This document shows positions 47,420-55,759 of a stretch of DNA of 64,000 nt, piece by piece. This DNA comes from a virus. Taxonomy: Duplodnaviria; Caudoviricetes. The stretch is taken from positions 10,331 through 74,330 of the IMG/VR virus record IMGVR_UViG_2671180604_000001. One strand, written 5' to 3'. The position numbers and the translations under genes were made by a program. Under the pieces are notes generated by a model that had not been told where the DNA came from, made no database searches, and saw only the letters and a program-made list of their open reading frames with translations. The number at the start of each line of letters is the position of its first letter. The first letter of the stretch is position 1.

Positions 47420-50248
47420 ATGAAGAAGATCGATAATATTTCCAAATATACGGATGTTTTGGCTGCTATTGATTCAATGGTTACAGCATTAGGCAATCAA
47501 GTCATTGTTGAGTGGGATGGTGAACAGGAGAGTAAAATATATCAGGAATATTTAGATAATCTTGATCAATATGATGGTAAATCAATTACAGCATCAAAGG
47601 CTTATTTTAATGAGCATTTAAATGGAAAGTTGATTAAAACCAAAATTGGTTTAGTTCGTATTAACTCTAAATCTCGTGGAAAAATTCATGACCGTATGCG
47701 AGATGCAAAGTATCTTGCATTACCTTATATTCCAGAAGTTTTGATGACGGGTGATGTAAGTGATTTAGTACCGCTAAATAAAGATCGTGATGATAGTGCG
47801 GTAGGTTACTATGTATTTAATAAATTAAAGGAATTGGAAAATTACAGTCTGAATATTACATTAAAAGTGGCTTTGGATTCTGATGGGAATTTATTGTATT
47901 ACTTAGGAGCAGCAAAAGAAAAAGCCAACTTACGGACTGTCTCACAGGTCATTAACCCCACAGGCTCTAAAGCTGGCTTTGATTCTATTGAATCATATGA
48001 TGATGATGAAATCAATCTATATGTACAAGTTTTAGACAAAAACGGTAATGTACTGGCAGAGGATGATGCTGAAAAATTAATATGGGGAGATAGTCCAAAA
48101 GCTGCATCTTTAATTCTTAAAGGCAGATTAAACAACGTCAAAACAGCTAAAGGCACTAAGGTATCAACAGTATTTGCAGTATTGGAAGTTGATAAGGTTA
48201 TTGCCTCACATACTGCAACTGGCAGCGAAAATCCTAATTATCCTCAAGAACTACAACCACGAGATCGTAGTCGAGAGTCTTCTCAAGCGTGGGTGCAAAA
48301 AACTTCAAATACTTTAGATCCAGAAAGCTTGGGACGTTCAGGTCGTGCAGATACGGGTGCGCCTATTGTCGGTGATGATTTGGTAGTTGAGTCTGGTAAT
48401 GGCCGTACTATGGCAATCCAGCTTGCATATGAGCGCGGAAATGCTGATGAGTACAAAGAATGGTTGATTGATGAAGCAGAATATTTTGGCTTTAGTGCGG
48501 ATCAAATCAACCAATTTAAACAGCCTATCCTTGTGCGTATTCGTACCTCTGAAATTGATCGTATTCAATTCACAGTAGAAGCCAATCAAGATGATAAGTT
48601 GTCCTTTAGTGCTACTGAACGAGCAAAAACAGATGCAAGACGATTAGATGAGAACCTATTGTCACTGTTTACACCTGGTGAAGATGGCGACCTAATCACT
48701 GCAAGTAATCAGAAGTTTATCCAAGGATTTTTAAAGTCTTTAGGTGAAACGGAAGCAGCTCAATATATCGGGACAGATGGAAAGCCAACACAAGCATTAG
48801 TCACACGTATGAAAGCTGCAATATTCAGCAAAGCTTATAATGATGACCGACTTCTTGAAATGATGGCAGACCAAACAAAACCAGACTTGCAAAATATGCT
48901 AAATGCACTGGGAGCAGCTGCTCCAAAATTTATTGAAGCGCAATCTGTCAGCCGTGGTGACGTGCAGGATGTATCAAGTTCTATCGTTGATGGTATTGAG
49001 CAAGCACTTGATAAGCGAGTGACAAATGCAATTATTGATGCAGCGAATACGATCTTGGCAGCAAAGCAAAATGATCAAGATATTGTTGAATTTGTAAAAC
49101 AACAGGGGTTATTTGGTGATCTAGGCGAAGGCGTGCCAGAGCTTGCAGTATTCTTATCTAAGAATAGTCGCAGCGCCAAAAAGATGAGTTTGCTATTCAA
49201 AGCAATGGCAGAGTTTGCAGAAAAAGAAGCGATTGATGGGAAAAACATGGGGCTTTTTGGTGAACCTGAACCTGTCAACATCAAAGATGCAATCAATTAC
49301 GCCGTGAAAGTGATTGAGGATAATTATGGTGATAATGCCAATCTGAGCATGTTTGATTCTATTGATTCACTTACGACAATAGATGAAAAAGCACATGATG
49401 CAGCTACATCACCTCATAATGATTTAGACTTTCCAACAGCAGAACAAAAGCAAACTGGTGAATACCCAAAAGGGCAATTATCAATTGGTGATTTACAGAT
49501 TGCAATTGAGAATCCAGCAGGTTCAACGCGCTCTGGTGTTGACCCCAATGGAAATGATTGGGAAATCAAACTTTGTCATCATTATGGATACATAGAGAAT
49601 ACTACTGGTGCCGATGGTGACGAAATTGATGTATTTGTTAAGAATCATCTAGAGCATGTACCAGAGTTCGCTTATATCATCAATCAGCTAAATTTAGATG
49701 GTACTTTTGACGAACAGAAAGTGATTTTAGGAGCTGAGACAGAAGAAGAAGCCAAAGCGATCTATATGTCTAATTATTCTGAGAGGTGGCAGGGTTTTGG
49801 CGGAATCAAAAAGATTTCAATGAAGGAACTACTTACTAAGATTCAGCATACGTGGTCTGAGTTTGATTCTTGGGTAATGGATGGAAATTATGAGCATATT
49901 CCAGTTGATAAAATCAATATGGAAAATGCCCCTAAGATTCATGAAAGTAATATTAGTAAAGAAGATCCAATTGTAGTAATAGAAAAGAATGGGACATACT
50001 TTCTTGTTGCTGGCTTAGAACGCATTGCGTTTGCAAAACAAAGAAGTGAAAAACTCATTCCAGCGATCATTTTTGATGATAAAGAAGTGAAAACATCAAT
50101 TATTCAAAAAGCTATTAAAAAAGCAGGTTCAAGCGTGGACCCTGTTGCATTGGCTGCGCTTATTGTTGATGAATTAGATAAAAGTGTATTGAAAGAATTC
50201 GATGATATTTCAAATACAGTATTAGACTTCCTACATAGATTTGAGTGA
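47420..50248 (+). CDS. Polyvalent protein: LPD3-like + DdrB-ParB + inorganic-pyrophosphatase-like + ParB-like domains
   Basis: QPRDR, GAPIV...VESGNGR (DdrB-ParB); IEN..GS.RSG...YGYI..T.GADGD.IDVF (InPase); PIVV...LVAG.ER. Confidence 0.8.
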   Translation: MKKIDNISKYTDVLAAIDSMVTALGNQVIVEWDGEQESKIYQEYLDNLDQYDGKSITASKAYFNEHLNGKLIKTKIGLVRINSKSRGKIHDRMRDAKYLALPYIPEVLMTGDVSDLVPLNKDRDDSAVGYYVFNKLKELENYSLNITLKVALDSDGNLLYYLGAAKEKANLRTVSQVINPTGSKAGFDSIESYDDDEINLYVQVLDKNGNVLAEDDAEKLIWGDSPKAASLILKGRLNNVKTAKGTKVSTVFAVLEVDKVIASHTATGSENPNYPQELQPRDRSRESSQAWVQKTSNTLDPESLGRSGRADTGAPIVGDDLVVESGNGRTMAIQLAYERGNADEYKEWLIDEAEYFGFSADQINQFKQPILVRIRTSEIDRIQFTVEANQDDKLSFSATERAKTDARRLDENLLSLFTPGEDGDLITASNQKFIQGFLKSLGETEAAQYIGTDGKPTQALVTRMKAAIFSKAYNDDRLLEMMADQTKPDLQNMLNALGAAAPKFIEAQSVSRGDVQDVSSSIVDGIEQALDKRVTNAIIDAANTILAAKQNDQDIVEFVKQQGLFGDLGEGVPELAVFLSKNSRSAKKMSLLFKAMAEFAEKEAIDGKNMGLFGEPEPVNIKDAINYAVKVIEDNYGDNANLSMFDSIDSLTTIDEKAHDAATSPHNDLDFPTAEQKQTGEYPKGQLSIGDLQIAIENPAGSTRSGVDPNGNDWEIKLCHHYGYIENTTGADGDEIDVFVKNHLEHVPEFAYIINQLNLDGTFDEQKVILGAETEEEAKAIYMSNYSERWQGFGGIKKISMKELLTKIQHTWSEFDSWVMDGNYEHIPVDKINMENAPKIHESNISKEDPIVVIEKNGTYFLVAGLERIAFAKQRSEKLIPAIIFDDKEVKTSIIQKAIKKAGSSVDPVALAALIVDELDKSVLKEFDDISNTVLDFLHRFE

Positions 50249-50274
50249 TCAAAAAATATTGTAGCAATCTTCAT

Positions 50275-50326
50275 TATGTTTTAGATCAACATTGGGGGGA
50301 TTTCTCCCATGTTGATCTAAAACATA
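50275..50326. other. Long hairpin, 18-bp perfect arms
   Basis: TATGTTTTAGATCAACAT-N16-ATGTTGATCTAAAACATA with inner GGGA-TTTC-TCCC. Confidence 0.8.
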
Positions 50327-50415
50327 CTTATTATAGCTAAATATTATTTAAAATATTGAATTGAAACAATATGTTCTGATATATTCTTGATGTATGTAAA
50401 TAGGTTAAATTTTTT

Positions 50416-51579
50416 ATGAAATTAATGTCGAGAAAACAAAGGAAATATTTTAAAAATATTCGCCATTATCGTTTCTTAGCTATTCAAAAGCCAAATAAAC
50501 AAAAAAGAAGAGAAAGAGATGTATCAAAAGCTAGAAAAAAAAGAAATAAGCTGAAACTAGCTTCTGAACGTATTAATATTTATTTAAAAATGCCTACAAA
50601 TGTAACGATTATCACGAGAAAAATACGTGGTGAGTTGATTAAAATTACAAGAAGGTTTAGAGAGTTTTATCATCGTACTAATATTTGCCTGAATTTAGAT
50701 TTTTCAGATACCAAGAAGATGTTTGCTGATGGCACTCTATACTTCTTAGCAGAACTTGACTCATTAATTATTCTGAATAAAGACATTACTTTTAAAATCA
50801 CATTTTCTAATGAAAAAATTGTAAATCAAGTTCTTGAACAAACAGGAATTCTTAAACTATTAAATAAAAAAATGAAATTTGATGATGAAGAGTTTGACGA
50901 TACTGTGAAGTATTGGAATTATGCTTCTGGACACAATTCTGAAATTGATTCAGCAGATTCTATGTTAGATGATTTCGATCAAATTCTTGCTTCTACAACG
51001 AGTCGAGATGTATTTACTGTATTAACTGAAGCTTTAACTAATTGTCATCAACATGCTTATATTGAAAAACGTTTTCCAACTGCTCCAAAATCAATAAAAA
51101 AATGGTGGCTCTTTTCTGAGATTAGAGAAGATAAGTTAACAGTATGTGTATGTGATTTAGGGGTGGGGATTCCTAACTCTTTAAAAGTTGACTCACCAGA
51201 CGTACAGCAAAATTGGTTTCAGGTACTCAAAGATTTCTTAGCTAAACATAAAGTTAAGAATGATTTTGATGGAGCAGCAATCAAGGCAGCTATTGAAATT
51301 TCTAATACAAGGACCAATTTACCAAATAGAGGTAAAGGGCTTAATCAGATCATCAACAAAGTTAATACAATTAGTGACGAAAAGGTGTCTGTGGCAATTT
51401 ACAGCAATAAAGGTTCCTATATAATTAATAGAGGACTTGTGACAGACTTGGAAAAAACAGGTATTGTTGACGGAATTTCTATTCCGTACAAGGAATCTAT
51501 TGAAGGTACGTTAATTGTTTGGAGTATACCTTTAGATAAGCAACCAAATAACCAAGATTTGGTGGTGTCAGATGAGTAA
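50416..51579 (+). CDS. STAS-like + histidine-kinase-like ATPase protein
   Basis: EALTNC..HAY (N box), DLGVGIP (G1), RGKGL (G2); basic N-terminus. Confidence 0.8.
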   Translation: MKLMSRKQRKYFKNIRHYRFLAIQKPNKQKRRERDVSKARKKRNKLKLASERINIYLKMPTNVTIITRKIRGELIKITRRFREFYHRTNICLNLDFSDTKKMFADGTLYFLAELDSLIILNKDITFKITFSNEKIVNQVLEQTGILKLLNKKMKFDDEEFDDTVKYWNYASGHNSEIDSADSMLDDFDQILASTTSRDVFTVLTEALTNCHQHAYIEKRFPTAPKSIKKWWLFSEIREDKLTVCVCDLGVGIPNSLKVDSPDVQQNWFQVLKDFLAKHKVKNDFDGAAIKAAIEISNTRTNLPNRGKGLNQIINKVNTISDEKVSVAIYSNKGSYIINRGLVTDLEKTGIVDGISIPYKESIEGTLIVWSIPLDKQPNNQDLVVSDE

Positions 51580-51910
51580 AAATGTAATGAAAATCAATGT
51601 AGCATCAGATTTCTCGAAGAATCCGTCTGGGCGTTATATTTTAGATGGTAAAACATCTGGCGAAGCATTTTTAAAAAATGTTTTGTTACCTGCCGTGAAA
51701 ACGCATGATTTTGTCGAAATAAATTTTGATGGTGTACGTGGATATGGTTCATCCTTTCTAGAAGAGGCGTTCGGTGGTTTTATTCGTGAAACCAAGATGT
51801 CTGTTGCAGATTTTTTTAAGAAAATTAAAATTATTTCTCAAGACCCTTTTTTATTAATCGAAATTAAGGAATATCTTGAGGATGAGTCTAAAAGGATATT
51901 GTCTGCTTAA
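51572..51910 (+). CDS. STAS-like domain protein (DUF4325-type)
   Basis: P.GR...DG..SGE.F, I.FDG..GYGSSFLEEAFGG. Confidence 0.85.
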   Translation: MSKNVMKINVASDFSKNPSGRYILDGKTSGEAFLKNVLLPAVKTHDFVEINFDGVRGYGSSFLEEAFGGFIRETKMSVADFFKKIKIISQDPFLLIEIKEYLEDESKRILSA

Positions 51911-52374
51911 TGGCTCCTTGGATTAAAGACTCTATATTACCTTTTCTACCTTCACTACTCACTATCTTAGGGTGGTGGATAGTTGGTAGAAGGGATGGTA
52001 TTGGTAAGAAAAAAGAAGCCCATAATCGAAGAGTAAACTTAGCTATTGAGCAGTCTCAAAAAATTTATGAATCTGCAAAAAAATTCTATCTTTTATCTGG
52101 TTCAGCTCCAGAAGCTTCTGCGTTAGAAGATATGTTAAATTGCGACTTTAGAAGACTGAGCACGATCCTTGGTCTTGTAAACAAAAGCTTAATTTCTGAA
52201 AATCAAAAGCAATCGATAGGTAATTCATTCATCGAATATAAAAAAGTAGTTACTGGTGGGCAATTTGGTACAAGATCTAGAAATGCATACCCCTTGAACC
52301 ATCTGCTTTTTGTAGAAATAGATAATACTTATAATGATTTTTTTCTAGAACTTGAAAAAATTATGCAGATTTAG
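51910..52374 (+). CDS. Hypothetical protein with N-terminal TM segment
   Basis: Translationally coupled to the STAS gene. Confidence 0.7.
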   Translation: MAPWIKDSILPFLPSLLTILGWWIVGRRDGIGKKKEAHNRRVNLAIEQSQKIYESAKKFYLLSGSAPEASALEDMLNCDFRRLSTILGLVNKSLISENQKQSIGNSFIEYKKVVTGGQFGTRSRNAYPLNHLLFVEIDNTYNDFFLELEKIMQI

Positions 52375-52384
52375 TGATTATCAT

Positions 52385-52423
52385 TGGAACTCAGAAATAG
52401 TTCACTTTTAAAATATTTAAAAT
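52385..52423 (+). promoter_or_regulatory. Putative late promoter
   Basis: TGGAAC-N28-AAAAT; hairpin 52419-52448. Confidence 0.68.
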
Positions 52424-52454
52424 AGCTCTATTAACCTAGGGCTATTTTCATTTC

Positions 52455-53294
52455 ATGGCAGACTTATCAAGAGCTCAGGCAGCAAATGCAGATCAAACAA
52501 CTCAACCGATGGATTATAGCTCTGATCCATTTTGGGGTTATGTTTCCAAACATAAATTCGCTGAATTTAATCTGTGTACTATGGGCCGTAATCCTGATAA
52601 CAACGAGCCATTTTTTTCATATGATACTTCTCAACCAACCATTCGAGCATTTCTAACAGACGGTGATATTAGTTTTGAAAGTCAGTGGCAAACGCCGTTT
52701 GAGAACTCTAATCCTGAATTGAAAATGCCAATGATGATGGCTGCTCTACAAACTGGGCAAGCTTTGGCTTCAGGTGGTGCTGCTGGTACAGCGATTCGTA
52801 ACAATTTTGGTGATGCAACAGCTGATCTGATTAGCAAAGGATTTCAACCATTAGCTGAATTTGCAAAAGGTGTTGAAGGAAAAACTAATCTTAATAAAGT
52901 CAACACAACTCAAGTCTTTCTTTCTACAGCTTCAGTTCATCTTAACTTAAGTGTTTTCTTTATCGCATTAAAAGATGCACGAGCAGAGGTGGAGAATAAG
53001 TTGATGTATCTACAGTCTTGGTCATTACCAACAAAATTATCTCAAGGGACTGTTCTGACAGATTTAATTTCAGAGGGTGGAGACGGTTTATTTTCAGGGC
53101 TAATTCCTCCCTACATCACTGTCACCACACACGGCAAAACTTATATCCCTTTTATTCTTCAAAGTGTTTCAGCACCTATTGTCACACCTATTGATAAAGA
53201 TGGTAATCGACTCAGCCTAACTGTGAATTTAAGTCTCATTAGTCGAACAGCTTGGGATGCTCAAGATGTTCGTAATTTATATACAGTCAAATAA
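52455..53294 (+). CDS. Baseplate tube-like protein (gp48/gp54-like)
   Basis: PP.I...G..Y....LQSVS.P...D..GN...V.L pattern. Confidence 0.5.
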   Translation: MADLSRAQAANADQTTQPMDYSSDPFWGYVSKHKFAEFNLCTMGRNPDNNEPFFSYDTSQPTIRAFLTDGDISFESQWQTPFENSNPELKMPMMMAALQTGQALASGGAAGTAIRNNFGDATADLISKGFQPLAEFAKGVEGKTNLNKVNTTQVFLSTASVHLNLSVFFIALKDARAEVENKLMYLQSWSLPTKLSQGTVLTDLISEGGDGLFSGLIPPYITVTTHGKTYIPFILQSVSAPIVTPIDKDGNRLSLTVNLSLISRTAWDAQDVRNLYTVK

Positions 53295-53304
53295 AGGACA
53301 GAAA

Positions 53305-54003
53305 ATGCTAAATTTTGATCCTATTCCTATTGGTGAAAATACTTATCAATTAAATGAAGTCACATTCAATGAAGCGTTAAAAGTCGCAGCAATTGATCAT
53401 AAATTAAATGAAAAGCGGATAACCTCATTTTTAGGTCATGCTTTGGGTAATTTTCAATTGCCATTAACAATGTCTGCTCAAGAACGTTATTTCCTAATGA
53501 TCAAGTATGTTCAAAACCAAACAAATACGTTGTTTTCGACCGATACAGATTTATCAAATTGCTTTAAAGAGCAAGTGGGTTGGAAATCTGAAGTTTCCGA
53601 TGTCGGTGTAACTGTGCGTCAAGTGAATGGTAAGGAGACTGAATATTTAGAAGAACACTGTATGAATGCAGCAGAATGGATTGCCTGTTTACTCGCATTT
53701 CAGATTAAGTATGAAAATCATGAGCAATTGGGACAACTCCCAGACCGTAATGCAATTGATCAAGTTTATAAACAACAATTTACGCAACGGTTAAGCTACT
53801 TAAAAGCTCTGCCACAAAGTGAGTTTAATCTGATCTATCTTGATTACTTAAAGCTAAATAGCCAGCTTTTCACTCATATTGATTTAAGTGTGAACAACGA
53901 AGGTTTCGTAGTGCAAAGAGGTGCAGATGACGCGCCAATTCGATTTCGAGCCTCTACCTGTTTTATTGGAATCATCAAAGAGCTGGACAAGTCATTTACT
54001 TAG
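53305..54003 (+). CDS. Putative tail/baseplate assembly chaperone
   Basis: Context and overlap with a short downstream ORF. Confidence 0.4.
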   Translation: MLNFDPIPIGENTYQLNEVTFNEALKVAAIDHKLNEKRITSFLGHALGNFQLPLTMSAQERYFLMIKYVQNQTNTLFSTDTDLSNCFKEQVGWKSEVSDVGVTVRQVNGKETEYLEEHCMNAAEWIACLLAFQIKYENHEQLGQLPDRNAIDQVYKQQFTQRLSYLKALPQSEFNLIYLDYLKLNSQLFTHIDLSVNNEGFVVQRGADDAPIRFRASTCFIGIIKELDKSFT

Positions 54004-54211
54004 TACAGCTCAAAATCTATCGACTCATTGCAAGATGTCTTTATTCGATGCATTACGTTTACCTGTGAGCTTTGAAGCGGATTATTACGCTTCAGATGCT
54101 TGGGATGAGCGAAAGAAAGAAATTGAAAATGAAGTTCAAAGACAAAATGCTTTGTTCAAACTTGGTAATGAAGTCATTAAAAGTATCAATAACTTAGGTG
54201 CGAGAAGATGA
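53921..54211 (+). CDS. Short ORF overlapping the chaperone, possible frameshift extension
   Basis: 83-bp overlap in the +1 frame. Confidence 0.45.
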   Translation: MQMTRQFDFEPLPVLLESSKSWTSHLLSTAQNLSTHCKMSLFDALRLPVSFEADYYASDAWDERKKEIENEVQRQNALFKLGNEVIKSINNLGARR

Positions 54212-55215
54212 ATACAACAAAGATATTAGGTGAGGCAGTCGGGATTCAAAGCCAAGGCACCGTGGACAAAACCGAAACACCAACAAATGAAGGGCTAACT
54301 TCAGCATTAATTATAGGTCGATTTATGCGCGGTCGAGTGGATAAGCCGATGACAATTCATCAAGGTAACATTCGAGGTCAATTGGGCTATCAGCCAGACA
54401 ACTTCGATTATATCGCCGTGCAAGATTGTTTAGATACTGGTGTGCCTAGTGTTCAGGTGTTAAGAGTTGGTCCTGAAAGTAATAGTCCGTTAATTAGCTG
54501 TGCTGGCGCAACAAGTATGATTAATTTCCCCTCAATACGAGGTAATTGGAGATTTTATATTGATGATTTTGAAAGTTTTGTATTGAGTGGCTTAGCTAAT
54601 GATTTTACATATTATTTGAATACTGAGATGTCTGGCAAATTGACGGGTGACTTTGACGGATTTTTTTGGATCGAAAATTTAGAAATGCAACCTCACAGAT
54701 TCAAAATGGTTCCCTTAGATGGTGAAGTTGTACCAGATTTTACAGCCCCAACTGATAATCCAACTTTTATTGCTCACGAAGATGGTAGTTTAACCTTCTG
54801 TTTATCAGCAAGTTTAAATATTCAAGAGTGTAATCCAACTGTATTAACTATCCCAGATTTTGTAATACCTGATGTTATGGCAGTTTACACCTATTCATAC
54901 CGTATCAATGGTGGTGAAATCATAACGACTACAGAAAATGCTGGTGGTGCGCCTTCTCAAACTGTATTCACAAATATTATGGCTTACTACGGCTTATTTA
55001 GTGAATTAGTAACGAATGACATAGGTCAAAAGGCATTTAGAGCTAAATATGGCGAACCGATTAGAGGCGGTTCTATAACTGATCCTAATTTTATTCAAAC
55101 TCAATCTAATACAATTGAATTTCTATTAACTGAAAATGCTGAACATGATCTTATTGAAACTATTTTTGGTCATTCAATTACCCTTCATTCATGCGCAATA
55201 GTCAATTGGGTTTAA
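54208..55215 (+). CDS. Sheath-N-terminus-like domain fused to a beta-rich cargo region
   Basis: First 88 aa near-identical to 35759-36022. Confidence 0.7.
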   Translation: MNTTKILGEAVGIQSQGTVDKTETPTNEGLTSALIIGRFMRGRVDKPMTIHQGNIRGQLGYQPDNFDYIAVQDCLDTGVPSVQVLRVGPESNSPLISCAGATSMINFPSIRGNWRFYIDDFESFVLSGLANDFTYYLNTEMSGKLTGDFDGFFWIENLEMQPHRFKMVPLDGEVVPDFTAPTDNPTFIAHEDGSLTFCLSASLNIQECNPTVLTIPDFVIPDVMAVYTYSYRINGGEIITTTENAGGAPSQTVFTNIMAYYGLFSELVTNDIGQKAFRAKYGEPIRGGSITDPNFIQTQSNTIEFLLTENAEHDLIETIFGHSITLHSCAIVNWV

Positions 55216-55264
55216 TGTTCTATTTCTATCAGATTGAGAACTAAGTTAATCAAATATTCAATCT

Positions 55265-55289
55265 AACCGTCTATTAAGGCGGTTTTTTT
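55265..55289 (+). terminator. Rho-independent terminator
   Basis: AACCGTC-TATTAA-GGCGGTTTTTTT. Confidence 0.7.
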
Positions 55290-55294
55290 GTTAT

Positions 55295-55334
55295 TGGAAC
55301 ACAGCCTAATTGTCTCAATCATTTCCGACAAAAT
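55295..55334 (+). promoter_or_regulatory. Putative late promoter (lysis)
   Basis: TGGAAC-N29-AAAAT. Confidence 0.7.
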
Positions 55335-55363
55335 AAGACTAAATATTTATAGGTAAACACAAA

Positions 55364-55759
55364 ATGGCTGAACCAGTAAGCAGTGGGGTCGGTGCAGCAG
55401 CGTTAGTAAAGTTATACGGTTTGATCACCATTTTGGCTGTAGCTGCTTTTCTTTCGTATTTGATTGTTGTAATGACTCGTGAGCCTCGATCCCGAAAAGA
55501 ATGGGTCATTTCATTAGTCACGACTTTAGTTGGAAGCATTGCAGGTGGTTCACTTGTTGTTCAGCGATTTGGGCTACATGACTGGTCATCAAACTGGTTC
55601 GGCATGTGTGCACTGGGTGGAATCATCTTTTCATGTGGATTGCCATTTTGGGCAATTGTGCGCTGGACTTTTAACTACATTAATTCGCATGAAGGTTCAA
55701 CGATTATTGATGTTTTCAAAGAAGTTAAAAAAGAAGTAAAAGGGGGTAATGAAGAATGA
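55364..55759 (+). CDS. Holin
   Basis: 3 TM segments, charged C-terminus, overlaps the endolysin start. Confidence 0.75.
   Translation: MAEPVSSGVGAAALVKLYGLITILAVAAFLSYLIVVMTREPRSRKEWVISLVTTLVGSIAGGSLVVQRFGLHDWSSNWFGMCALGGIIFSCGLPFWAIVRWTFNYINSHEGSTIIDVFKEVKKEVKGGNEE

Noticed and set aside
35759-54471. Duplicated 264-bp segment as DGR template/variable repeat
   Set aside because: Differences are mostly synonymous and not adenine-specific; no reverse transcriptase in the window.
6903-55334. GGAAC boxes as ECF/sigmaE -35 elements
   Set aside because: The conserved downstream element is 28-30 nt away, not the ~16-17 nt expected for a sigma -35/-10 pair.
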